IMG/VR virus record: IMGVR_UViG_3300039099_000002
Length of the DNA: 64,000 bases
Reading direction: 5' to 3' (one strand)
From: an uncultured virus (IMG/VR IMGVR_UViG_3300039099_000002)
Lineage: Duplodnaviria > Heunggongvirae > Uroviricota > Caudoviricetes
Shown here: piece after piece, positions 38,979-48,624 of the stretch
Numbering within the stretch: the stretch's first letter is position 1
Layout: every line of letters starts with the position of its first letter
Notes under the pieces: model-generated
The model's input: only the letters and a program-made list of their open reading frames with translations
Databases searched by the model: none
Told to the model about the DNA's origin: nothing
Position numbers and translations under genes: made by a program

Positions 38979-39088
38979 TGTTAAATGCTACTATAATTAG
39001 AATTTATTTTCTCTTTATATCACACATAGCAATAATTTGTCATTAATTGATGTAATGATATTTTTAAACAGAAAATATTTTTTGCAAT

Positions 39089-40504
39089 ATGTACCAAACT
39101 CCAATAATATTACCATCTGACGATCCAGGTTATTTCCCGTCCTTGCTACTTCATTCCCAGGACATCTCCCTAAGAATAAATTACGAAGAGATGCGAAGAG
39201 ATTGTCATATACTAAGCACACTAAACAAGCTTAACAATACTATAACAGGCAGACAAGTATTAGTAGATTCGTTTAGCGACGACCAAAAAGACAAGGACAA
39301 TGCAGAAATAGCAAAAAAAATATTATCTAAAATTAATTATTCAAAAATTTGTTCAGACTTGCTAGATGCACATTATATAGGTGTAGCATTTTTATGTGTA
39401 AAAGAGTGGGTAAATGAGGACTCAGTTCTTTATCCAGAATTTGTGTCTATACCCTGGTGGAGGTTTATATTTGTACAGCCAAACACCAACCCAAACAAAG
39501 ACATTCCAATATATAAGAGCGATCGCCCAATTAAAAAAAACACAAAAATAGCAACCCACATGGGTTATGAAATCAGAATACTAACAAAACGTAGGCCAGT
39601 CACAGGAGAAAGATTGCTAGATGGAGACGTTATTGTTTATTCATTTGGCTCTTCGTATTATCCATACGGGCTTGGGCTTGGATGGAGATTTTACCCTTGG
39701 TGGATTACAAAAAATGCGGCTAGAGATAACATAATTCGTCAAACAGGTAGAGTTGGTTCGCCACCCATTGTTGGCGAGAACCCTGAAGGCGTAGCAGAGA
39801 ATGATCCACGATTTGTAAAATGGTGCAACTTTTTAAGACTCGTTTCCCCCAATGGATATTTTACTGGTCCACCAGGATATAAAGCAGAGAGTCTTTTCCC
39901 ACAAGAGGTTTTAACAAATTCTGAATACCTTATAGAACTAGCATCAAAAGAAATATCTAAGGCTGCGCTTAGTGAAGTGCCACTTTCAGCTACAGATCAC
40001 GGGAGTTACAATGCACAAGTATCACAAAATGATGACAGAGAGTCTAATGTAATAGATGCACACTGCATCTTGCTGAATGATTGTCTTACTAAAAATATTT
40101 GGAAAAAAGTTAAAGAATATAATTATCCTGGCTCAAATTCCCCAGATATAAGAATCTGGACAACAAACGAAGAAATTAAAAAGGAAATTACCAGAAGCGC
40201 AAAAGAAGAAGAGAGGAAACAGGAGGAGGAGAGGCAAGCAGAAGAAACGCACAAAATTACGGTGCTAAAAGCAAAAGCTGACTGGTGGAATGTAATGATT
40301 AATCAAGTTGGACTAACACCAGAGCCAGAACTAATAGAAAAGACGTTTGGTAAGGGTTGGTCATTCCAAAAAGAAGAAACTATCTTAGATCAGTTCGGGA
40401 CAGAAGATTCCCAAGAACAAGACACTACAGAACAGACCACAAATGAAGAAGGCAGTGCGGTAGACACAGAAAATGTCGAGACTAATGCAGATGCGCCGGC
40501 ATAA
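39089..40504 (+). CDS. portal protein (Mu gp29/DUF935-like)
   Basis: YEEMRRDCHI, LLDAHYIGVA, PYGLGLG, GSP, EISKAAL, GSY. Confidence 0.82.
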   Translation: MYQTPIILPSDDPGYFPSLLLHSQDISLRINYEEMRRDCHILSTLNKLNNTITGRQVLVDSFSDDQKDKDNAEIAKKILSKINYSKICSDLLDAHYIGVAFLCVKEWVNEDSVLYPEFVSIPWWRFIFVQPNTNPNKDIPIYKSDRPIKKNTKIATHMGYEIRILTKRRPVTGERLLDGDVIVYSFGSSYYPYGLGLGWRFYPWWITKNAARDNIIRQTGRVGSPPIVGENPEGVAENDPRFVKWCNFLRLVSPNGYFTGPPGYKAESLFPQEVLTNSEYLIELASKEISKAALSEVPLSATDHGSYNAQVSQNDDRESNVIDAHCILLNDCLTKNIWKKVKEYNYPGSNSPDIRIWTTNEEIKKEITRSAKEEERKQEEERQAEETHKITVLKAKADWWNVMINQVGLTPEPELIEKTFGKGWSFQKEETILDQFGTEDSQEQDTTEQTTNEEGSAVDTENVETNADAPA

Positions 40505-40590
40505 AAAAGGATGCCACAACTAAAGGCATCCTTTTTTAACAACAACATCTATCCAGGCAAATATCATTTTAGTACAATTTAAAACAAAAA

Positions 40591-41151
40591 CTAAATTATT
40601 TTTGAAATTAATTGTAGATTTAACGCTTTCTCTGAATCAAAATATGTTTCTTGCTGCATCATCTCTTTGGTGATTTTCGTATGTTTTTGATATATATTGA
40701 CAAACTGGCTTTCCAATATTTCACCGTAAGCTAATTGATTTTTCACGTCTGGTAGTCTGCCAAACATAAAAGAAGGCACAGGATGAACTAAAAAGTTAGT
40801 GTTTTGTGTACAAAAGCGTTTTTCTGCACACAACAAAACAATTGTTGCGCTACTTGGAATAAAACCAGAAGCAATGATAGATATATCAAGAGAGCTACTA
40901 CGCAGCGCATCGTACATTAACAATCCAGATGTGCAACTACCACCAACGCTATTAATGCGAATAGCACAGTCTTTATCTGATGTTTTACTTTTTTCTCCTT
41001 CGAGTTGATGAAGCAAATAAATAAATTTGTAAGAGCTAGTTTCTGTTATTTCCCCAGTAAAATATATAATATTTCCCAGTCTTGATGGATCTACTCTATC
41101 TTCATTGTGGTGAAAATTTGATTCTGGATTTATTTTATCCATAGTTGGCAA
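40591..41151 (-). CDS. clpP: ClpP-like (S14) protease
   Basis: IYFTGEI, INSVGGS, SSATIVL, FLVHP, ETYFDSEKAL. Confidence 0.8.
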   Translation of the reverse strand: MPTMDKINPESNFHHNEDRVDPSRLGNIIYFTGEITETSSYKFIYLLHQLEGEKSKTSDKDCAIRINSVGGSCTSGLLMYDALRSSSLDISIIASGFIPSSATIVLLCAEKRFCTQNTNFLVHPVPSFMFGRLPDVKNQLAYGEILESQFVNIYQKHTKITKEMMQQETYFDSEKALNLQLISKII

Positions 41152-41254
41152 TATTGCAAAAATTTAGTTAACTACAACAATATTGCATCACACAAATTAA
41201 TAGTATAGACAACAATATTTGCGAGGTGTATAATTAAAAAAACACTAATATATT

Positions 41255-41746
41255 ATGCTTGATTTACTTTTTTCAGAATTTAATTGGTATCGCCGACTTC
41301 GTGGTGAAGAATGGATTTTAGTTCGCAATACGGCATCAAACCATATTGGATGGAGAAAGGTTTCATCTAAAGAAATGCGCCACACCTATGGCTGCGAAAA
41401 AATAATTAATTCCGAATATTACCATCCCCACACAAAATCAACACAAGATGCCATTGAATCAAAAAACTTGGCATACTCTGAAAGAGATAAAATGCTCTTG
41501 ACTTTATGCCACCTTGCTTTACAAAAAGGGCTAACCGCTGCGATTGGAAAGCACGAAGGTGAAGATTGGGAGGATGAATGGATGAATGTTATTTACATCG
41601 AATTGCCTACCGGGCAAGTCAGTTTTCATATTCACAATACAGAGGTGGAGATGTTCTTCTTTTTACCTAAATATTTTGGACAATGGGATGGTCATACGAC
41701 GGATCAAAAATGGCAAAGACTACTCAAATGGTCTAACTCATTTTAA
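41255..41746 (+). CDS. hypothetical phage protein, WDGH-motif domain
   Basis: YSERD, IELPTGQVSFH, WDGHT. Confidence 0.7.
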   Translation: MLDLLFSEFNWYRRLRGEEWILVRNTASNHIGWRKVSSKEMRHTYGCEKIINSEYYHPHTKSTQDAIESKNLAYSERDKMLLTLCHLALQKGLTAAIGKHEGEDWEDEWMNVIYIELPTGQVSFHIHNTEVEMFFFLPKYFGQWDGHTTDQKWQRLLKWSNSF

Positions 41747-41759
41747 TAACGTAATGTTG

Positions 41760-42118
41760 CAATAAAAACATATTGTAATCCCCACGTAGCAAGGCTTTGG
41801 TGTTTTAAGGATATTCCCCCCACAGCCTTTTCCAAAACTGCCAGACAGGCATTCGTTCTCAACCTAGACCAATGTCGCCAAAATCAAAATCTTGTAACAC
41901 GCCTCAAACCCGCATTCTCTCGTTAAAAAATCTGTGGCGGATTATAACATAAGGCGTGTCAAAAGTAAAGGGAAGATACAAAGAAAAAAGGGCAGTTTCC
42001 TATAAGAAAGTGATCATCTTCCCAATTTTATTTTTGATTAAAATCAAAAAATTATGCAAGTACGCACCTATATCCAAAATTTCTGTAATACGTTTGTAAT
42101 ATAAAAATAAATTAAAAA
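41760..42118 (-). repeat. ~360-bp long inverted repeat, copy 2
   Basis: Reverse complement of 9716..10072, including one partial 158-bp unit. Confidence 0.9.
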
Positions 42119-42123
42119 TGCGC

Positions 42124-42152
42124 TTGACTTTATTTGTTAACCATAGTAATAT
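42124..42152 (+). promoter_or_regulatory. class I repeated promoter
   Basis: TTGACT-17-TAATAT, spacer GTTAACCA. Confidence 0.72.
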
Positions 42153-42195
42153 AGATATATAGAAAAAACACAAGCAATTAACACACGAAAAAACA

Positions 42196-42684
42196 ATGAA
42201 AACATTAGCAGATATCAAAAAATTTCTAAGCAGACTGCCTTACAAACAAATAATGGTTACTGCCGTCCTAAACGATCAATCTCAAGTAAAGTTACAGATA
42301 GGAAATAGCTACGGCACAAACAATCCAAATCCGCTAGAGGTAATTTTCCGAGGCAAAGATGGATCTCACGTAGATGAAATGGACTGGGATTTCCTGCATC
42401 ATTGTTTGGGGAATTATTTATCATGGACAATAGACCCTAGAGATGTATCGGTCTGGCACTTTTACGAAAATATCAAAGAGTGGGTAGAAGTCTCCAAAGA
42501 TTATTACTGGGATTGTTTAGAGGCACTTCCTCCTGCTTACCACAAGAATGGTGTATTTGCTTGTGGCGAAGCATACACACACAATCTGGAAGGCGAAGCG
42601 GTTTACAGCTTTTTCAAGAAAGATAGCGAAGACAGATATTGGACAAAATTAATGTCTAAAAAGGAGTATTTAGAAAGTGTCTGA
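42196..42684 (+). CDS. hypothetical protein
   Basis: ORF between class I promoter and hairpin 42712-42753; LEALPP, FACGEAYTH. Confidence 0.7.
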   Translation: MKTLADIKKFLSRLPYKQIMVTAVLNDQSQVKLQIGNSYGTNNPNPLEVIFRGKDGSHVDEMDWDFLHHCLGNYLSWTIDPRDVSVWHFYENIKEWVEVSKDYYWDCLEALPPAYHKNGVFACGEAYTHNLEGEAVYSFFKKDSEDRYWTKLMSKKEYLESV

Positions 42685-42795
42685 AGCGGAGTGAAAGCTA
42701 ACCGCTATTAATTTATCGGTAATAGTTGCCAAAATCTAACTATTACCGATAAAAATTGTTCAATTATTAATTCAGAAAAATAAATTAAAAATGGC

Positions 42796-42824
42796 TTGAC
42801 TTTATTTGTTAACCACAGTATTAT
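42796..42824 (+). promoter_or_regulatory. class I repeated promoter
   Basis: TTGACT-17-TATTAT, spacer GTTAACCA. Confidence 0.72.
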
Positions 42825-42854
42825 GGATGCAGTAGAGAAAAACAAAAAAAGATA

Positions 42855-43388
42855 ATGACTGAACAAAACAAAGACAATCAAGCAGACGTGACCGAATCTT
42901 TTATGTTAGAGCATTTAGATTGGGAAGTGGCAGTGACAAAACAAAAAAACAGCGATGGCGAAAATACATTTTATGCTGACGACACAATTTATGGCATAAC
43001 CGAGAAAAACAAAACAATGGCAATAGGAAAAATAATATTTCATACTTTGTCTGATTTGAAAGAAATACCCCAAGAGGTAGCAAAATTTTTGACAGAATTT
43101 TATCTTCCTGGTATTAACTTTGAACAAAACAAAGACAATCAAGCAGACGTGACCGAATCTTTCACGTTAGAGCATTTAGATTTAGAAGTGGTAGTGACAA
43201 AACAAAAAAACAGCGATGGCGAAGATACATTTTATACTGAGGACACATTTTATTGTGCAACCGAGAAAAACAAAACAATGGCAATAGGAAAGATAATATT
43301 CCTAAATTTGTCTGACCTGGAAGAAATACCCCAAGAAGTGGCAAAAATTTTAACAGATTTTTATCTACCTGGTGTTGACCTTGAATAA
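42855..43388 (+). CDS. hypothetical protein made of two 87-aa repeats
   Basis: 261-bp direct duplication starting at 42861 and 43122. Confidence 0.75.
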   Translation: MTEQNKDNQADVTESFMLEHLDWEVAVTKQKNSDGENTFYADDTIYGITEKNKTMAIGKIIFHTLSDLKEIPQEVAKFLTEFYLPGINFEQNKDNQADVTESFTLEHLDLEVVVTKQKNSDGEDTFYTEDTFYCATEKNKTMAIGKIIFLNLSDLEEIPQEVAKILTDFYLPGVDLE

Positions 43389-43840
43389 AAAATAATTTAC
43401 AACAAAAAAGCCCGTCAAGGCTTAACGCGCTTTTTTGTTATTTTGCGAGTTCCAATTTAAAAAAATGCACAGTTTTTAGCGACAACAACATTGTCAAAGC
43501 TGACGTTTTAATAGGCTGCGAACTTGTTCAGAAATTTGGTCTATCTGCAATGATTGAAAGCGGGAATGACTATGTGCTGATTGGGAAGGAGGAGGATATA
43601 AACTTCTTGATAAATAACGAGACTGGGTTTACAAAAATAAGCCAGAAAGATTTAGAAGATTTGACAAATGATGTAATTGGGGGAATATTAAACACCCCAC
43701 CACCAAGAAGCAATAATTTTAGATAGAATAATTCACGAATAAAAATGATCATCATTTAAAACCAAAAAGCTGAGTGTTAAAATTTTAAAGCCCAGTTTTT
43801 GTAATATAATCTATATTACAAATATTACAAATTAATCAAT

Positions 43841-44281
43841 ATGGCTACCACCAAAAAACCTGGGAGTCTTAAGCCTAAAAAAAGAATTACAAAATATCAC
43901 CAAGAAATATTGAATATCCGTAAAAATGCACCAAAAAATCAAGTTTACGACATGAGATATGGCGAGAACTGGGGCATATTAAGCAAGAAATGTAAAGACT
44001 CTCTCAATGGTAAATGTTGTTACCCAAATTGCAAAAACAACGCCAAGGAGGCGCACCACGCAGTTTATCAAAATGAGAAAGGCGCGATCGCTGGACGGGA
44101 AATAATTGGTGAGCATATTTTTCCGTTGTGTATGCGCCATCATGTTATGGCGCATAATGGCAGAAATTGGACATTTGGAAAAATGCCACCACCAAAATTA
44201 GACAGTTGCAATACGCCTAATTTTATAGAAAAAATGAAAAAAGGCTTCAAAGAGAAGCCTAAGAAAATTAATTTACCGTGA
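43841..44281 (+). CDS. HNH-like endonuclease
   Basis: W...SK, CCYPNC, EAHH, PLCMRHH. Confidence 0.65.
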   Translation: MATTKKPGSLKPKKRITKYHQEILNIRKNAPKNQVYDMRYGENWGILSKKCKDSLNGKCCYPNCKNNAKEAHHAVYQNEKGAIAGREIIGEHIFPLCMRHHVMAHNGRNWTFGKMPPPKLDSCNTPNFIEKMKKGFKEKPKKINLP

Positions 44282-44448
44282 CAACTTCATATTTTTGATC
44301 TGGGAAAGTCGCTTGTACGTATTCTTCTCCGCCCAAAAATGGGGTCTAATTTGTTTGAAAGTTCCACTTTCAAATTTCACATTTATTAGATCCACAGAAT
44401 CTTTGCTATCCTGACAATTGTTGTTTTTTCGATATTTAGCATGGGATT

Positions 44449-44715
44449 TTAAATTCTTTGTGGTGCTAATTCTGGATTTTCATTAATCATTTTGGCGATC
44501 GCTGGCGAAACAAAAAGGATCGTATTTACTGTAATCACATCAGATTCTTGAGGTGCGATAGACTTAAGCTGCTCAACAATTTTATTAAAGTTTCCTCTGT
44601 GAAAACAAGAATCTGACGTACAGGCTAATAAATAGTCACTAGGAACTGCACTAAAATTAAAAAGATTTTTTACAGGAATAACTGGAGACGACATGAATAC
44701 AATGGATGTTTGCAT
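44449..44715 (-). CDS. hypothetical protein
   Basis: ORF behind class I-like promoter at 44742-44770. Confidence 0.55.
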   Translation of the reverse strand: MQTSIVFMSSPVIPVKNLFNFSAVPSDYLLACTSDSCFHRGNFNKIVEQLKSIAPQESDVITVNTILFVSPAIAKMINENPELAPQRI

Positions 44716-45143
44716 GATGTTGATTTTTTGTTTGTAAATCTATATTACACTGGATGACACACAAAGTCAGGCATAAATTGTTATTTTTATTTTTTATATT
44801 TGTGTTATTTTATATGTTTTTAGATTTGCAAAACGGATATTCGTTCTCGCCATTGTCTAATGTTACGCAAAACTCAATAATGCCTAAATTTATGTATAAT
44901 ACAAATACTCAGGTAAATAAAACGCCATATTCAAAATTTTGAATATGGCGTTTTTGTGTAATTATACGCATAATTTTGAGTTAGCCTAATTAATTCTCCA
45001 ACATTATTGCTGTAAGCCCTGTTGTATAATTGACGGATTGCAACAAAAAGGATACTTGATTAAAGGTCTGTTGTGGCAATAATAATGCGATTGTTTTTGG
45101 CATAAACTATACGCCATACGTATAGCAATATCAACTTGATTGG

Positions 45144-45605
45144 CTACACTCCATTAACGTACCCTGTGTTCAGTGTTGCGATTGGAATCACAAACGGCTG
45201 TGTTTGGTTTGCTGCCACAGTCACTATTGCGTCCTCCGTGCTAAATCCAACCAATTTACCGGTTGTATTGCCCACAGTAGAAATTGCATCAGCAACAATA
45301 ACAAGAGTTCTAAACTGAAATGACCCGCTATTATTTGCTGCGAAATTTATATTTAAATTTGGTAATTCATAGCGTTTATTTGCGCTGCTGTAAAAGCCAG
45401 TAGTAAAGACTAATGGCTGCCTTGAGTACCCGTTTGTTGTGGGCAACTCAAGTGCAATAACTTGAGCCATCGTCATATCACGACTTATTGCGTTTGAGTT
45501 AGATAAAATTGCATAAAACTTTGTGGGGTCTGGGGCAGTTACTCCTACAAACATTGTGTCCGCTACTAGCTTTACCCATGAATCAAATAATTGTCTTGTT
45601 GGCAT
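45144..45605 (-). CDS. putative baseplate/tail fibre-associated protein
   Basis: ELPTTNGYSRQP motif; downstream of baseplate genes. Confidence 0.6.
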   Translation of the reverse strand: MPTRQLFDSWVKLVADTMFVGVTAPDPTKFYAILSNSNAISRDMTMAQVIALELPTTNGYSRQPLVFTTGFYSSANKRYELPNLNINFAANNSGSFQFRTLVIVADAISTVGNTTGKLVGFSTEDAIVTVAANQTQPFVIPIATLNTGYVNGV

Positions 45606-45708
45606 AATTTTTACCTATTTTTCCCTCAATATAAAAATTGTATCAAATTTATTTACATACCGAACAAATAGCACAAAAACATATTTAAGGCTACACGGAA
45701 GTAGTTGT

Positions 45709-46947
45709 TCATAAATCAAAGCCAGAACCAATACCAAAGTTGGTAAGTATAACTTTAGTTGTATTGTCGGCATTACCAATACCAAAGTCAGCAACTATAG
45801 TTATTGATGAACTAAGTCCACCACCAATACCAAAGTCAGTAACTATAACTTTTGATGAATTAAAACCAGAACCAATACCGAAATTAGAAGTTATTACTTT
45901 TGCGGCATCAAAACCAGAACCAATACCAAAGTTAGAGGTTATTACTTTTGTTGTATTGGTAGAATTACCAATACCAAAGTTGGCAATAATTGGTCGAATA
46001 ATTCTGGCATCAAAACCAGAACCAATACCGAAATTAGAAGTTATTACTTTTGCGGCATCAAAACCAGAACCAATACCGAAATTAGAAGTTATTACTTTTG
46101 CGGCATCAAAACCACTACCAATACCAAAGTTAGAGGTTATTACTTTTGTTGTATTGGTAGAATTACCAATACCAAAATTGGCAATAATTGGTCGAATAAT
46201 TCTGGTATCAAAACCAGAACCAATACTGAAATTAGCACCAATTTGCATAGACGAATTAATTGCAATTCCCGACCCAAAATTCACTGTGATTATGGGATTC
46301 TTGTTAATTGATCCAGACCAAATCGGATCTCCGACAGCACTAACACCAATAATAAATTTTTCATAATGAATAAAGTTTCCGTTTGTTGGTATACTGCCAC
46401 ACCAACACGGCATATACAGACGATTTAAACGCTCAATAAATTTCCATTCTTTTGAGTTCCTCGTGTAAAATTGCCGATTTTCTGCACCAGGGATAAACAA
46501 TTTTATTGCGTAATATAGGGTTCTACCCCCAACAGGTGAACCAATAGCGGTAATTCCTATAAACCATACGTTTTCAGCATAAACTACTGCGTCAAGCCCA
46601 AATAAATCAAGTAGGTACTGCAAAAGCATTACAGTACCTTTATGCGACCAAATTTTAGTATGAGAATTTTTAATAAGTTCTCGTTTAATGGCTGCAGTCC
46701 AGTTCGTGTCCCAATACTCTCCTGTAAAACCAGATAGCTGTGCTAACCAATCAAGGGCATCAACCCTTGCTGTATCGGGGTTGATAAAATCATTGTTGAA
46801 ATTCAATAATGTATTTTTAATGTCTACAAGTTGCTCATCCCACGGAGTTGTGATTGCATCAACAATTTCGTTGCCCTGATAAGCACCACTTTCATTAGGC
46901 AATCGCAAATATATAGGACGATTTAATTGCCACGATTTTTCAGACAT
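45709..46947 (-). CDS. baseplate wedge protein (P2 gpI-like) with C-terminal 16-aa repeats
   Basis: INPDTA..DALDWLAQ, KRELIK...W.HKGT; (NFGIGSGFDAAKVITS)n tail. Confidence 0.82.
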   Translation of the reverse strand: MSEKSWQLNRPIYLRLPNESGAYQGNEIVDAITTPWDEQLVDIKNTLLNFNNDFINPDTARVDALDWLAQLSGFTGEYWDTNWTAAIKRELIKNSHTKIWSHKGTVMLLQYLLDLFGLDAVVYAENVWFIGITAIGSPVGGRTLYYAIKLFIPGAENRQFYTRNSKEWKFIERLNRLYMPCWCGSIPTNGNFIHYEKFIIGVSAVGDPIWSGSINKNPIITVNFGSGIAINSSMQIGANFSIGSGFDTRIIRPIIANFGIGNSTNTTKVITSNFGIGSGFDAAKVITSNFGIGSGFDAAKVITSNFGIGSGFDARIIRPIIANFGIGNSTNTTKVITSNFGIGSGFDAAKVITSNFGIGSGFNSSKVIVTDFGIGGGLSSSITIVADFGIGNADNTTKVILTNFGIGSGFDL

Positions 46948-48176
46948 TAATCTGGACTCCCACCATTGCCGTAAAAATACTCATGAATATTACCATCTTT
47001 GTCTATTAATGTGATCCGAACTTCAAGCATTCTTATTAATGTCCATTCGTTTGGCATTGGTATATTGCTGTCTAATATTTGTAAATCTTCAGTCCCGCTA
47101 TCGTTAAGCGTGTAATTGTACGCTCTAAAATTTTGCACATCCTTGATGCCAGCATTTATGCAAATAGAGATAAGATTGTACAAAATTACGGTTTCCCCAG
47201 GTTTTAAGTTTCTGGGATCTAAATACAGAGTTAAATCTTCCCAAATTTGCGCGGCTCTTGTTGCTGGATCATCTCCAGCAACAATTGTTCCCGTCATCTC
47301 AAATTCAACATCATAAAATTCAATACTTGAAACAAATACCCCAGTCCCAACGGACGGTAAAACTGTGTTTTGCAAAAAACTCGGCAAACTTGGACTAATT
47401 TTATTTAGAAGCGCAGTTCTTTGGGCATCATTTGTTTGAGATCCATCTTGATTTAAAACGAAGATGTGTATCGCACCCGCAATATATGAAGCCTTGTCTG
47501 CTCCCAATCTACCAATAACTTTGACAACAGACCCATCACCTAACTCAAATTCAATATATTGTTTAAAGTCGTCTTCAGTAACAAGAGTGTTATGTCTTCT
47601 TAGAGATGCAAAGCCCCTAGAAAATACTTCTTGATCAGTCTCCGCATCTATGCCGCCAGCAGCAGGTTCATAGTTTGTAATACTTTGCAAAAAAGCTCTT
47701 GTTTCTATAATTACGTTGACAGTTAAAATTGGTTGATTGTATTGAGTTCCGTCGCCCACAGCAGTAGCACTGACTGTTCCGGTGTCACCGTTATATATAA
47801 AAAGTGCCTCATCTGTTTCGTACTGAAGTGCGCTGTTTGTTGCTACTCGATAACCCTTGTTTAGCTCCCAATATGCAACTGTTGTTGTTAGCTGAATTGT
47901 TAGTGTTACGCGAGCTTTTTCGCCCAACCTTCTAGCGATCGCCGCAGTTCGCAGATGAAATATAGATGCAGCCAAAGGAATCCTGTCTGCATAGGCCAAC
48001 ATTTCTAATATTGCCCAAAGAACTCCCTCATTAAATGCCGTAATTGGTGAAGATGGGTTAAAATCATTAATTATGCCTTCACTTACGTCTCTTTGGCGTT
48101 GCTCCATGTACGCCAACAAAGACAGCGGACTCTCTGGGTATATACTAGGTGCTTCTACAGGTACAAAATTAGACAT
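46947..48176 (-). CDS. baseplate J-like protein
   Basis: NDFNPSSP, VSATA..GTQYN, AAGGIDAETD, LVTEDDF; likely start MSNFVP at 48176. Confidence 0.88.
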   Translation of the reverse strand: MSNFVPVEAPSIYPESPLSLLAYMEQRQRDVSEGIINDFNPSSPITAFNEGVLWAILEMLAYADRIPLAASIFHLRTAAIARRLGEKARVTLTIQLTTTVAYWELNKGYRVATNSALQYETDEALFIYNGDTGTVSATAVGDGTQYNQPILTVNVIIETRAFLQSITNYEPAAGGIDAETDQEVFSRGFASLRRHNTLVTEDDFKQYIEFELGDGSVVKVIGRLGADKASYIAGAIHIFVLNQDGSQTNDAQRTALLNKISPSLPSFLQNTVLPSVGTGVFVSSIEFYDVEFEMTGTIVAGDDPATRAAQIWEDLTLYLDPRNLKPGETVILYNLISICINAGIKDVQNFRAYNYTLNDSGTEDLQILDSNIPMPNEWTLIRMLEVRITLIDKDGNIHEYFYGNGGSPD

Positions 48177-48612
48177 GGAAATTAAGCTAGAAGAAGATGT
48201 TTTAGTGTCTCTCTTGAAAATTGATTCAATGTTGTCAAATCCAAGAGACATATTAAATAGTGTAGCAATCAATGCCAAAAAAAACACTGATGAAGCCTTT
48301 AATTTGGAGCAAGACCTGGACAATTCATCGCCGTGGAGTGACTTAACATCTGGCACTTGGAAAAGAAAGAAAACTAGTAGAAAGCTTCAAGAGACTTTTG
48401 CTGGTAAAAATTCAATTAAATTCTATATAGATGGGCGTAAAATTTTTATCAAATTTGAAGACCACATGATATACCATATAAGTGGTACATATAGAATACC
48501 CAAAAGAAATTTTATTTTTGCGCCGAAAAACGATCAAGTCATAAAAATTGCAGAAGAGTCATTAACAAGATTTATTGGGAAACTACCCAAAAAGAGTTTT
48601 ACACAAGAGTAG
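48175..48612 (+). CDS. phage virion morphogenesis protein (Mu gpG/P2 S-like)
   Basis: AFNLEQD..SPWSDL, KLQET, IYH..GT..IPKRNF. Confidence 0.78.
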   Translation: MEIKLEEDVLVSLLKIDSMLSNPRDILNSVAINAKKNTDEAFNLEQDLDNSSPWSDLTSGTWKRKKTSRKLQETFAGKNSIKFYIDGRKIFIKFEDHMIYHISGTYRIPKRNFIFAPKNDQVIKIAEESLTRFIGKLPKKSFTQE

Positions 48613-48624
48613 GAATTTATTATT

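Noticed and set aside
29146..40504. Extracellular contractile injection system or tailocin
   Set aside because: Portal, protease, capsid and replication genes indicate a headed phage
45740..46366. 208-aa plus-strand repeat ORF
   Set aside because: Shadow of the FGIG repeats of the baseplate gene
48073..48356. Longer overlapping starts of baseplate J (48356) and gpG-like gene (48073)
   Set aside because: Extensions read as antisense of the other gene; family-like sequence begins at 48176 and 48175
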